This document shows positions 1-9,700 of a stretch of DNA of 32,000 nucleotides, one piece after another. The first letter of the stretch is position 1; each line of letters begins with the position of its first letter. A program made the position numbers and the translations under genes. Under the pieces are notes generated by a model. It did not search any database. It worked only from the letters and a program-made list of their open reading frames with translations, and had not been told where the DNA came from. This DNA is from Flavobacteriaceae bacterium (GTDB lineage: Bacteria; Bacteroidota; Bacteroidia; Flavobacteriales; Flavobacteriaceae): positions 2,190,001 through 2,222,000 of the forward strand of contig OZ245049.1 of NCBI GenBank assembly GCA_965224465.1, in the 5' to 3' direction.

Positions 1-609
1 CTTAATGCTGTATCCACCCCCTACATATACATGCAACTTATCTGTAGCTGCAACAGGAACATTGCCTTCCTTTTCATAACGATCTCCACTTAAAAAATTA
101 GGTGTAGAAAGGGTCAAATAAAACTTCTTGTTTTTTAAATACAGTCCTGCCCCCATGGTTGGATTAAAAAAGTGTTGATTCTCCGCAAACAAAGGATCAT
201 TTTTTACATTGGCTCTGGACAGATCTATATCTATAAACGATCCTCCCCCTTTTAAACCAAAATACAACAAGTAGTCATCATTTAGTTTTATATGGTATGA
301 AAGATCCAATGTTACATCTGTTTCCTTTAACACAAACACTTCGTCGTTTACAACAGAAAAACCAATGCCTAATTTATTTTTCAAAGGCTGACTGTAAGAT
401 ACAAACTGCGTTTTTGGCGCTCCTTCTACACCTACCCATTGCATGCGAAACCCCATGGTGAGGTCGCTAGAATTTGAACTTCCAGAATAGGCTGGATTCA
501 CCATATTTAAATTGTACCTATACAAGGTATAATAAGGATCTTGCTGGGCTTGAATACTACTCGTAAGGAGCAGTATTAACACAATACTTAGTAGATTTAT
601 ATGTTTCAT
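1..609 (-). CDS. PorP/SprF-family type IX secretion membrane protein, N-terminal 203 codons (C-terminus beyond the window edge)
   Basis: Absent from the ORF track because it runs off the window. Reverse translation from ATG 609-607 gives MKHINLLSIVLILLLTSSIQAQQDPYYTLYRYNLNMVNPAYSGS... and stays open to base 1 (...VPVAATDKLHVYVGGGYSIK). It is colinear with the complete paralogue at 14969-15850 and roughly 80-85% nt-identical by eye (window 1-609 aligns with 15242-15850). The QQDPxYTxYxxNxxxxNPAYxG N-terminus is the PorP/SprF signature. Confidence 0.85.
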   Translation of the reverse strand, partial: MKHINLLSIVLILLLTSSIQAQQDPYYTLYRYNLNMVNPAYSGSSNSSDLTMGFRMQWVGVEGAPKTQFVSYSQPLKNKLGIGFSVVNDEVFVLKETDVTLDLSYHIKLNDDYLLYFGLKGGGSFIDIDLSRANVKNDPLFAENQHFFNPTMGAGLYLKNKKFYLTLSTPNFLSGDRYEKEGNVPVAATDKLHVYVGGGYSIK

Positions 610-625
610 ATTATATATTCTTTTT

Positions 626-1635
626 TATGCTTGTCCGCTAGTTTCCCTAATATTTTTGTTGTATTTTCATAAAACATAAATAATCGATATGAGATTAATT
701 GAATTTAGTGAGCACTACCCAGATGAAGCCAGTTGTAAAGCAGCATTTAAGTCCTATCGCGAAAAAGAAGGGGTTAAGTGTAAAAAGTGTGGAGGAACTA
801 CTCATTATTGGAAAAAGAAACGAGAACAGTGGGAATGTAAAAACTGTACTCACAGAACAACGTTGAAAAGCGGTACTGTTATGCAAAGCAGTAAATTACC
901 TTTTAAGTATTGGTTTATAGCTATGCATTTAATAACAAGCACAAAAAAATCATTTTCGGCTAAAGAGATTCAACGTCAGATAGGTCATAAAAGATATGAG
1001 CCTATTTGGGCAATGGTTCATAAGTTAAGATGCGTTATGGGGTTAAGAGACGATGAATATCAGCTTAGTGATGAGGTTGAATTGGATGATGGGTTTTTTG
1101 AAACCGTTTCAATAACAAGAGATAAAACAGCACCTTTAAAAAGGGGGCGAGGAAGTCAAAGACAATCAATAGTATTAGTAAGTATAGAGTCTAAACTAGA
1201 ATCAGAACACTATAACAGCAAGAAACACAGGGTGAATAAGAGAGTGAAATTCCTAAAGATGAAAGTAATCAGTTCTTTAAAGAAAGAAGAGGTAGCTCAA
1301 ACTGTAAATCAAATGGTTGAAGGAGGTAGCAAAATAATTTCCGATGGATCAAATAGCTTTAATGACTTGACTAAGGATTTTGAACTAGTCTCTAATGTTG
1401 TGCCAAAGAAAAATATCAATTCTATTTTACCTTGGGTTCACAAAGCAATTAGTAACGCCAAAAGGCTATTACTGGATGTCCATCATAGAATAGATGATGA
1501 TTTTCTTCAAAATTACTTGAACGAGTACTGCTACAAATTCAATAGGAGAACATTTAATAACTTATTCGACAGGCTTATGATTGCAGCGGTATCATATAGA
1601 TGGAATTATCTTGGGGAAGTTAACGGATAAGCATA
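626..1635 (+). mobile_element. IS1595-family insertion sequence, apparently intact (~1.0 kb)
   Basis: One transposase ORF flanked by imperfect terminal inverted repeats. Left end ATGCTTGTCCGCTAGTTTCCC (627-647) matches the reverse complement of the right end ATGCTTATCCGTTAACTTCCC (1634-1614) at 17/21 positions. The direct repeat ATTCTTTTTT flanks the element (617-626 and 1635-1644). This fits the 8-bp target duplication usual for the family if the ends are placed at 626/1635. Confidence 0.85.
689..1630 (+). CDS. IS1595-family (ISXO2-like) DDE transposase
   Basis: 313-aa ORF with an N-terminal zinc ribbon CKKCGG...ECKNC followed by LKSGTVMQSSKLPFKYWFIAMHLI, the typical IS1595 transposase N-terminus, and a C-terminal ISXO2-like DDE region (...ISDGSNSF..., ...YLNEYCYKFNRR). 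The stop codon lies inside the right inverted repeat. Confidence 0.9.
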   Translation: MRLIEFSEHYPDEASCKAAFKSYREKEGVKCKKCGGTTHYWKKKREQWECKNCTHRTTLKSGTVMQSSKLPFKYWFIAMHLITSTKKSFSAKEIQRQIGHKRYEPIWAMVHKLRCVMGLRDDEYQLSDEVELDDGFFETVSITRDKTAPLKRGRGSQRQSIVLVSIESKLESEHYNSKKHRVNKRVKFLKMKVISSLKKEEVAQTVNQMVEGGSKIISDGSNSFNDLTKDFELVSNVVPKKNINSILPWVHKAISNAKRLLLDVHHRIDDDFLQNYLNEYCYKFNRRTFNNLFDRLMIAAVSYRWNYLGEVNG

Positions 1636-2011
1636 TTCTTTTTTAATTGGATAATGCTTTTATTTATTTGTTTCAATACTCCTTTCTCGATAGCATCCAA
1701 TAATAATTCTTCTTGAGAACACCCTTAAATCACTACCATATTCATTATTTATTTTTTTATACGCCCTCCTATTATTTTTACAGGTGTCCGTAAGGTCTTC
1801 ACCGATTCTTCTCTAGAAAACAAACCAAAAAAGAAACCTTTTGTAATGTGTTTTTTAAGGCGAAAAAACTTCCTTAAAGACCACGTTTAAAACTGTACGT
1901 CGCTCCTATAGCTAACTGCACGGAATCATAGACGCTGTTTTTTTTTAAAAAAAAGTCACCTCAACATTGTTTAGTTTAAATACTGAAACTAATTTTTATT
2001 CTTAAATACAG

Positions 2012-2595
2012 ACCTACAAGTACATACAAGACTCATTAATAATTAATATACAACCAACCCGTTTTTGGTTCCAATCCGTTTTTATTAAAATTGATAATAA
2101 AGTAATACACTCCCGACATCATTTTCTTATGAGATCCCGTATTGGAATATCCATCCCAGGTGTTTTTATAGCCGTTTTTTTCATACACTTTTACCCCACT
2201 ACGACTAAACACTTGTACTTTACAATTTTTATAGGTTCCTATGCCGTCTATGGTCCAGGTATCATTGATTCCATCATCATTTGGAGAGAATCCATGACTC
2301 TCTACGGACGTTCCTATAATTACTGTTTGTGTTTGACTGCTAGTATTTCCATGTCCATCATCAAAAACCCAAGTAGTAGTAAATGTCCCTATTTCATCAT
2401 AATGTACAGGATCGGAAGTAGTCGCTGTTAATGTTCCTACACAGTTATCCGTAGCGGCTGGAGTAGATAAGGTTACATCAAACTGACCTGTAATAGTTAG
2501 CAAATCTTCATCCGCTTCTGGTGCTGTTATATCATCTATAATAATGCGTTGAGTTTGTGTCGTACTGTTCCCTCTACCATCGTCATAATTCCATA
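2012..2595 (-). repeat. Shared 3' cassette, copy 1 (last HYR-like domain + type-B CTD + ~25 nt of 3' flank)
   Basis: About 90% identical by eye to 6153-6736, with 4 mismatches in ~100 nt at 2243-2342 vs 6384-6483. The similarity continues past the stop codon (TACAAGTACATACAAGACTCAT vs TACAAGTCCATACAAAACATCT). Confidence 0.85.
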
Positions 2596-5500
2596 TAATT
2601 TCATAAGCACCTTGTACATCATAAAACAATGTCTCTGTAGTAGTTCCTTTAATTTCACCAACACATCTATCTAAGGCAATTGGCGGGATCACAGTTGCCG
2701 TACATTCTGCAATAATATCTGGCAGGCTTGACAACACAGGAACAGGTGCAGTAACATCTTTTACTGTAAATGCAAACCCTTTCTTAAAACTTAAACCTCC
2801 TTGATCTTTTACAGTAATCAAAATAGTTATTGTCGGATTCTGCCTCCAATTCAACGCTGCTTTCAACTGTAGTTTATCTTCTTTCAATGCTACGTAAGGA
2901 TTCTCAATTATTACATAGCTAAACACTTGATTTTCGTCTATATCTTCTGTGGTTAAACTTGCAAATACAGCGCCTATTTCAACATTATCATCTATCGTAA
3001 TGGACGATAAGTAAATATCTGATGGCACCTCGTTTACATCGTTTATATTAATGGTGATTTTTTTGCTTACATCAGCATGTTTATAATCGTTTACAACAAT
3101 GGTTACATCGATGTACTGAATCGTTTCAAAATCCAACCTTGTGTTTTCAAGAACTGATATTGTTCCTGTTTCTGAATCGATCCTAAAAGTTCCTGTTTTA
3201 TCAATAATAGAAAACACATTGTATTCGTCAAACAGCACATCTTTATCTTCTAGTGTTATTGTCCCAACTTCCTCGGAATTCAGCGAGTTTTCATCTATAG
3301 AAAAACTTATATTTTCTATAGTTGGTGCATATAAATTTGGACTTTTTGTAGCTTTAAAATTTGTATCTAATTTATCTCCTAAAATAAACGGAAACTCATA
3401 TTTTTTAGTTTCAAAATGATAGCCTATTTTTTTAGCTATTAAGGTCACACTTTTATTATATTCTATACTAAATTCGTAGGACGCTCCACTGTTCAATGTA
3501 ACGGAATCGTTTACATCTCCACTTAAAGTAAGTAATACAGCATCCGCTCCTGTAACAGTCCCCGAAATTAAATAATTATTGACTTCAAAAATTGCAGTAT
3601 AAGAAGTGTTTTTAATACTTGTAGAGGAACCAGCCTCGTGAACATCGTTATTTCCGTCCAACCAATTAAGCAATGTATATCCTGTTTTTACAGGGCTTGG
3701 AAGCGTAAAATAACTTAAAAAATTGATACCAGAAAATGCACTTTCCCCTATATAGGTAACTGTCTCTGGAATCGTAATTTTTGTTAAATCATAACAATAA
3801 GAAAAAGCATACGAACCAATACTTTCTAAAGAACTAGAAAATCTTACGCTAGATAAGTCATAATTATACGAAAAACAATGCGCTTTAATTTCTATAAGAC
3901 TATTCGGGAGAATAACTGATATTAGTTGATTAGAACTGAACGTATTTACTCCAATTAAAGTCACATTTTCTGGAACAACTAAATGTATAAGATTATTGTT
4001 AGAAAACGCATTATTACCAATAATTAATAAGGCACTTGGCAAGGTAACATCTACAATATTCTTTTTATAGAAAACACCTTCTCCAATTCCTGTAACCTCT
4101 TGTCCTTCTAAATAATTTGGAATAACGATGCTCGTTGCTTCAAAGCTATAACTACAACTTTCTATGACACCCTTTTCAACAACTACGTCTTCATCTGTTA
4201 ACACATACTTAAACAGTGCATTATACGAAGCCGTAAAATCAGTAACCAATGCTTTAGGAGTAAATGCAACTCCCTTGCTATCTATCCAATTCAAAAATTC
4301 TAGACCTCCCATTTGAGGTGTTGGCAATCGCATTGGCGCTAGACTAGGATTTTCTCTAAATGCATTTTTATCTATACGGACTACACTATTAGGTAATACA
4401 ACAGATGTTAATTTATTTGAAGCAAAAGATGCGTTACCTATCCTTTGCACATTTAGTCCCAAGTCTAAACTTATTAGTTTATTATCATGAAAAGCCCACT
4501 TTGGTATGAATACTAAATTTTCAGAAATTGTAACATGCTCAATATCATTATCACTAAAAGCACTTGTACCCATAGTTTTCAAAGCATTTGGCAACATCAG
4601 TTCTTTTATATTGTTTTTTGAAAAAGCGCTACTCCCAATATTTTCAATACTAGCAGGTAGCCTTAACACTGTTAAACAATTAGCAGAAAACGCATAGTTA
4701 CCAATATGCTTTAAATTTAGAGGAAGTACGATAGATTGAATGTTTTTATCAGCAAAAACACCTGAATTATAACCTCCATCTGCGATCCCTATAACCACCT
4801 GCCCATCCAGCATATTAGGAATTGTAATATTGTTTGCAGAAAAATCGTAGCTACAAGAAGTGATCTCTCCATTTACAACTTCAACATCCGTATCTTTTAA
4901 GGTATATCCAAAATTAGCTATATATCCTTTTTCAAAATCAGAGATTTCTTCATTTGCGTAGTGAACATTCCCATCGGTATCTTTCCAATCAATAAAAGCA
5001 GCACTTTCTAAAACTGTTACTGGCAGAATTAGCGATTTCAATAATGGATTTTCACTAAATGAAGCCATTCCTATTTCAGTAATTTTAGTTCGCAAAACAA
5101 TCGTAGATAACGCATTACCCATAAAGGCTTTATTTTTAATATACCTCAACCCTTCCGGCAAATTCAATGTACTTATCTTATTGTACTGAAAAGCTCCTTC
5201 TCCTACAGAAGTAACCGTACTCGGTATGGTCACATTTACCAATTGATTCTTAGCTAGCATAAAATCGGGAATCTTTTCTATCCCTTCAGGGAACGTAAAA
5301 TCAGTAATTGAATTATTTGAAAAAGCACGTTTTCCTATTTTCTGCACACTATTCGGAAGTTTAACGGTCTTCAAGTTGTTGCCCCGAAAGGCATCCTCCT
5401 TTATTTCAGTTATCCCCTCATGTAATTCAATACTAGTTAATTCATTCCCCAAGAACAACTGCGATTCAATCACTGTTACTTTGGATGGCATTTTCACCCT

Positions 5501-5869
5501 TGTAATTTTATTATACCGAAAAGCACCATATCCAATATGTGTTACACTCTCTGGAATATCAATTGTTGTTAATTTATTTTCTGAAAAAGTATACGCTCCT
5601 ATTGACAGTAAGCTGCTTGGAAGGACTACAGAGGTTATGCCTTTATTTACAAATACAATTTCACCATATATAGCAAGTACCGTTTGTCCATCTAAGGTTT
5701 CTGGAATAATGATATCTGTAATTTTAAAGTCATAACTACATGACGTAATTACACCATTTGTAACCACAACATCAGTATCTGTTAAGGTATATTTTTGTGC
5801 TTGTGATTTAAAAGACATGCATAGTAAAAAAAGAACACTCAAGTATATGCGAAATAAATTTTGTTTCAT
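2036..5869 (-). CDS. T9SS type-B cargo adhesin: signal peptide, 3 BspA-type LRR modules, prealbumin-like segment, 2 cadherin-like repeats, 2 HYR-like domains, type-B C-terminal sorting domain (1277 aa)
   Basis: The ORF track starts at a TTG (5875). The ATG two codons in (5869) gives MKQNLFRIYLSVLFLLCMSFKSQAQ, a standard signal peptide. Three ~230-300 aa modules each open with Y[TV]L[TK]D.DV.V..G.I.SCSY.F...IP..L[DE]GQ and are filled with LRR_5/BspA-type repeats (IP.SV..IG..AF..N.L). Cadherin-like linker is ININDVNEVP. The C-terminus GFSPNDDGINDTWTIDG...SGVYYFIINF...GWLYINY matches the gliding-motility-associated / T9SS type-B sorting domain. Confidence 0.9.
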   Translation of the reverse strand: MKQNLFRIYLSVLFLLCMSFKSQAQKYTLTDTDVVVTNGVITSCSYDFKITDIIIPETLDGQTVLAIYGEIVFVNKGITSVVLPSSLLSIGAYTFSENKLTTIDIPESVTHIGYGAFRYNKITRVKMPSKVTVIESQLFLGNELTSIELHEGITEIKEDAFRGNNLKTVKLPNSVQKIGKRAFSNNSITDFTFPEGIEKIPDFMLAKNQLVNVTIPSTVTSVGEGAFQYNKISTLNLPEGLRYIKNKAFMGNALSTIVLRTKITEIGMASFSENPLLKSLILPVTVLESAAFIDWKDTDGNVHYANEEISDFEKGYIANFGYTLKDTDVEVVNGEITSCSYDFSANNITIPNMLDGQVVIGIADGGYNSGVFADKNIQSIVLPLNLKHIGNYAFSANCLTVLRLPASIENIGSSAFSKNNIKELMLPNALKTMGTSAFSDNDIEHVTISENLVFIPKWAFHDNKLISLDLGLNVQRIGNASFASNKLTSVVLPNSVVRIDKNAFRENPSLAPMRLPTPQMGGLEFLNWIDSKGVAFTPKALVTDFTASYNALFKYVLTDEDVVVEKGVIESCSYSFEATSIVIPNYLEGQEVTGIGEGVFYKKNIVDVTLPSALLIIGNNAFSNNNLIHLVVPENVTLIGVNTFSSNQLISVILPNSLIEIKAHCFSYNYDLSSVRFSSSLESIGSYAFSYCYDLTKITIPETVTYIGESAFSGINFLSYFTLPSPVKTGYTLLNWLDGNNDVHEAGSSTSIKNTSYTAIFEVNNYLISGTVTGADAVLLTLSGDVNDSVTLNSGASYEFSIEYNKSVTLIAKKIGYHFETKKYEFPFILGDKLDTNFKATKSPNLYAPTIENISFSIDENSLNSEEVGTITLEDKDVLFDEYNVFSIIDKTGTFRIDSETGTISVLENTRLDFETIQYIDVTIVVNDYKHADVSKKITININDVNEVPSDIYLSSITIDDNVEIGAVFASLTTEDIDENQVFSYVIIENPYVALKEDKLQLKAALNWRQNPTITILITVKDQGGLSFKKGFAFTVKDVTAPVPVLSSLPDIIAECTATVIPPIALDRCVGEIKGTTTETLFYDVQGAYEIIWNYDDGRGNSTTQTQRIIIDDITAPEADEDLLTITGQFDVTLSTPAATDNCVGTLTATTSDPVHYDEIGTFTTTWVFDDGHGNTSSQTQTVIIGTSVESHGFSPNDDGINDTWTIDGIGTYKNCKVQVFSRSGVKVYEKNGYKNTWDGYSNTGSHKKMMSGVYYFIINFNKNGLEPKTGWLYINY

Positions 5870-5946
5870 TATCAAACGTATTTAAAAGTAAAAAAATATT
5901 GGGGAGGTTTATTCAATAAAAGTAAAAAAATAACCCCCAACTTTCT

Positions 5947-6037
5947 CAAACAACACGATTACTTGATGAACGTATCTATTTTTAGCACGAGAGTATGTAA
6001 ATCTCTGTTTGAGTTTTATTTTGGAATAAAAAACAGT
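5947..6037 (-). promoter_or_regulatory. Conserved upstream/leader element, copy 1 (78-168 nt upstream of the cargo ATG at 5869)
   Basis: Ungapped 53/67 identity with 11660-11726, including a perfect 19-mer CAAACAACACGATTACTTG. Both copies are followed by the same CTGTTT...AAACAG inverted pair. Function is unknown. Confidence 0.4.
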
Positions 6038-6152
6038 AGGTAAAAAATAGTTTTTTAGATAAAAAAAAGACGCGTAATTCTTATAGAGGCGTGGCACATA
6101 TAAAAAATACTTGGTAATGAGACAATACCGAAGCTAGTCTTGCTATGACACC

Positions 6153-6736
6153 AATTACAAGTCCATACAAAACATCTTAATAATTAATATACAACCAACC
6201 TGATATTGGTTTCAATCCGTTTTTATTAAATTCGACAATAAAATAATACGCTCCAGACATCATTTTTTTGTTAGATCCCGTATTTGAATACCCATCCCAG
6301 GTGTTTTTATAGCCGCGTTTCTCATACACCTTTGTTCCTTCTCTACCAAACACTTGAACTTTACAATTTTTATAAGTTTCTATGCCGTCTATGGTCCAAG
6401 TATCATTGATTCCATCATCATTTGGAGAGAATCCATGACTCTCTACGGACGCTCCTATAATTACTATTTGCGTTTGACTGCTGATATTCCCACGTCCATC
6501 ATCAAAAAACCAGGTAGTGGTAAATGTCCCTATTTCATCATAATGTACAGGATCGGAAGTAGTAGCTGTTAATGTCCCTACACAGTTATCCGTAGCAGTT
6601 GGAGCAGTTAAACGTACATCAAACTGACCTGTAATAGTTAGCAAATCTTCATCGGCTTCTGGCACTGTTATATCATCTATAATAATGCGCTGAGTTTGTG
6701 TCGTACTGTTCCCTCTACCATCATCATAAATCCATG
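6153..6736 (-). repeat. Shared 3' cassette, copy 2
   Basis: See copy 1 (2012-2595). It encodes ...DDGRGNSTTQTQRIIIDDITVPEADEDLLTITGQFDV...ESHGFSPNDDGINDTW...GWLYINY, near-identical to the C-terminus of the 1277-aa protein. Confidence 0.85.
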
Positions 6737-9700
6737 TAATTTGATACGTACCTTCTTCTTTTGTTTGACTGAAAATAAAATCCGTAGCCCCTATAATTTT
6801 TCCTTTACAATTATCTGTAGCCGCTGGTTTTTCTAGGTCTGCCAATTCAATTTCGCATTCTGAATGGATTGTTTCTAAAGCAGCAACAGCAACTATTGGT
6901 TTGGTACTATCATCTATAATTAGCTGTTGAATTTGTGTAGAAATATTCCCTCTCCCATCATCATAATTCCATATAATTTGATACGTACCCTCGTCTTTTG
7001 TTAGACTAAATTTAAAATCTGTAGTCCCTATAATTTTTCCTTTACAATTATCGGTAGCCGTTGGTTTTTTTAGGTCTGTCAATTCAATGTTACATTCTGA
7101 ATGGATTGTTTCTAAAGCAGTAACAGTAGCTATTGGTTTGGTGATATCATCTATAATTACCTGTTGAATTTGTGTAGAAATATTCCCTCTACCATCATCA
7201 TAAGTCCATATAATTTCATAAGTGCCTTCTTCTTTTGTTTGACTAAATTTAAAATCCGTAGTCCCTATAATTTCTCCTTTACAATTGTCTGTAGCCGTTG
7301 GTTTTTTAAGGTCTTCCAATTCGATGCTACATTCTGAATGGATTGTTTCTAAAGCAGCAACAGCAACTATTGGCTTGGTACTATCATCTATAATTACCTG
7401 TTGAATTTGTGTAGAAACATTCCCTCTCCCATCGTTATAAATCCATGTAATTTGATACGTACCTTCTTCTTTTGTTAGATTAAATTTAAAATCTGTAGTC
7501 CCTATAATTTCTCCTTTACAATTGTCTGTAGCCGTTGGCTTTTCTAGGTCTGCCAATTCAATGCTACATTCTGAATGGATTGTTTCTAAGGTAGTAACAG
7601 CAAGTATTGGCTTGGTACTATCATCAATAATTACCTGTTGAATTTGTGTAGAAACATTCCCTTTCCCATCATTATAAGTCCATGTAATTTGATACGTACC
7701 CTCGTCTTTTGTTAGACTAAATTTAAAATCTGTAGTCCCTATAATATTTCCTTTACAATTATCTGTAGCCGTTGGTTTTTCTAGATCTGCCAATTCAATG
7801 CTACATTCTGAATGAATTGTTTCTAAGGTAGTAACAGCAAGTATTGGTTTGGTACTATCATCGATAATTACCTGTTGAATTTGTTTAGAAACATTCCCTC
7901 TCCCATCATTATAAATCCATGTAATTTGATACGTACCCTCGTCTTTTGTTAGATTAAATTTAAAATCTGTAGTCCCTGTAATTCCCCCTTTACAATTGTC
8001 TGTAGCCGTTGGTTTTTCTAGGTCTGCCAATTCAATTTCGCATTCTGAATGGATTGTTTCTAAGGTAGTAATAGCAAGTATTGGTTTGGTACTATCATCA
8101 ATAATTACCTGTTGAATTTGTGTAGAAACATTCCCTTTCCCATCATTATAAGTCCATGTAATTTGATACGTCCCCTCGTCTTTGGTTAGACTAAATTTAA
8201 AATCTGTAGTCCCTATAATTTTTCCTTTACAATTGTCTGTAGCCGTTGGTTTTTCTAGGTCTGCCAATTCAATTTCGCATTCTGAATGGATTGTTTCTAA
8301 GGTAGTAATAGCAAGTATTGGTTTGGTACTATCATCGATAATTACCTGTTGAATTTGTTTAGAAACATTTCCTTTTTCATCATCATAAGTCCATGTAATT
8401 TGATACGTACCCTCGTCTTTTGTTAGATTAAATTTAAAATCTGTAGTCCCTATAATTTTTCCTTTACAATTATCTGTAGCCGTTGGTTTTTCTAGATCTG
8501 CCAATTCAATGCTACATTCTGAATGAATTGTTTCTAAGGTAGTAACAGCAAGTATTGGTTTGGTACTATCATCGATAATTACCTGTTGAATTTGTTTAGA
8601 AACATTCCCTCTCCCATCATTATAAATCCATGTAATTTGATACGTACCCTCATCTTTTGTTAGACTAAATTTAAAATCTGTAGTCCCTATAATTTTTCCT
8701 TTACAATTATCTGTAGCCGTTGGTTTTTCAAGGCCCTCCAATTCAATGCTACATTCTGAATGGATTGTTTCTAAGGTAGTAATCGCAGCTATTGGTTTGG
8801 TAATATCATCTATAATTACCTGTTGAATTTGTGTAGAAATATTCCCTCTCCCATCATTATAAATCCATGTGATTTGATAAGTACCCTCGTCTTTTGTCAG
8901 ACTAAATTTAAAATCCGTAGTCCCTATAATTTTTCCTTTACAATTATCTGTAGCCGTTGGTTTTTCTAGGTCTACCAATTCAATGTTACATTCTGAATGG
9001 ATTGTTTCTAAAGTAGTAACAGTAACTATTGGCGGGGTAATATCATCTATAATTACCTGTTGAATTTGTGTAGACGTATTTCCTCTCCCATCATCATAAG
9101 TCCACGTAATTTGATACGTACCTTCGTCTTTTGTCAGATTAAATTTAAAATCTGTAGTCCCTATAATTTTCCCTTTACAATTGTCTGTAGCCGTTGGTTT
9201 TTTTAGGTCTATTAATTCAATGCTACATTCTGAATGAATTGTTTCTAAAGTAGTAACAGTAACTATTGGCGGGGTAATATCATCTATAATTACCTGTTGA
9301 ATTTGTGTAGACGTATTTCCTCTCCCATCATCATAAGTCCACGTAATTTGATACGTACCTTCGTCTTTTGTCAGATTAAATTTAAAATCTGTAGTCCCTA
9401 TAATTTTCCCTTTACAATTGTCTGTAGCCGTTGGTTTTTTTAGGTCTATTAATTCAATGCTACATTCTGAATGAATTGTTTCTAGGGTAGTAACAGCAAC
9501 TATTGGTTTGGTAATATCATCGATAATTACCTGTTGAATTTGTTTAGAAACATTCCCTCTCCCATCATTATAAATCCATGTAATTTGATACGTACCCTCG
9601 TCTTTTGTTAGACTAAATTTAAAATCTGTAGTCCCTATAATTTTTCCTTTACAATTATCGGTAGCCGTTGGTTTTTCAAGATCTGCCAATTCAATGCTAC

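Noticed and set aside
1938-1954. A T9A8 palindrome downstream of cargo1, considered as a terminator.
   Set aside because: It is a pure A/T self-complement with no GC stem. It is plausibly just low-complexity spacer, and I cannot support a call.
2129-2431. Antisense ORFs inside the large genes (2129-2431, 3141-3419, 4506-4697, 5376-5735, 6354-6572, 11260-11520, 12057-12325, 15478-15717, 16916-18937 group, 20840-22756 group, 24139-24417, 25057-25245, 25883-26077, 26629-26829, 28883-29086, 29780-30037, 31209-31448, 695-886).
   Set aside because: All are shadow frames opposite well-supported genes, with low-complexity, unrecognisable products. The similarity between 2129-2431 and 6354-6572 merely reflects the shared 3' cassette on the other strand.
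5870-5875. ORF-track N-terminal extensions using non-ATG starts or upstream ATGs (TTG at 5875, TTG at 25500, ATG at 24712, GTG at 31978).
   Set aside because: The downstream ATGs give canonical N-termini: signal peptide MKQNLF..., the IS30 HTH MKHITQAQRY..., and the CYTH start MPQEIERKF. The 31978 GTG is internal to an ORF that stays open to the window end.
5873-5880. A TACGTTTG match to the -7 consensus upstream of cargo1.
   Set aside because: It ends 3 nt before the ATG at 5869. A start site downstream of it would fall inside the signal-peptide coding region, so it is unlikely to be the functional promoter.
5861-6097. Two overlapping 60-62 aa ORFs in the cargo2-cargo1 intergenic region.
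   Set aside because: Their sequences are low-complexity and Lys/Phe/Tyr-rich. The homologous region upstream of cargo2 (11610-11750) has no corresponding ORF, so the conservation there is at nucleotide level, not coding.
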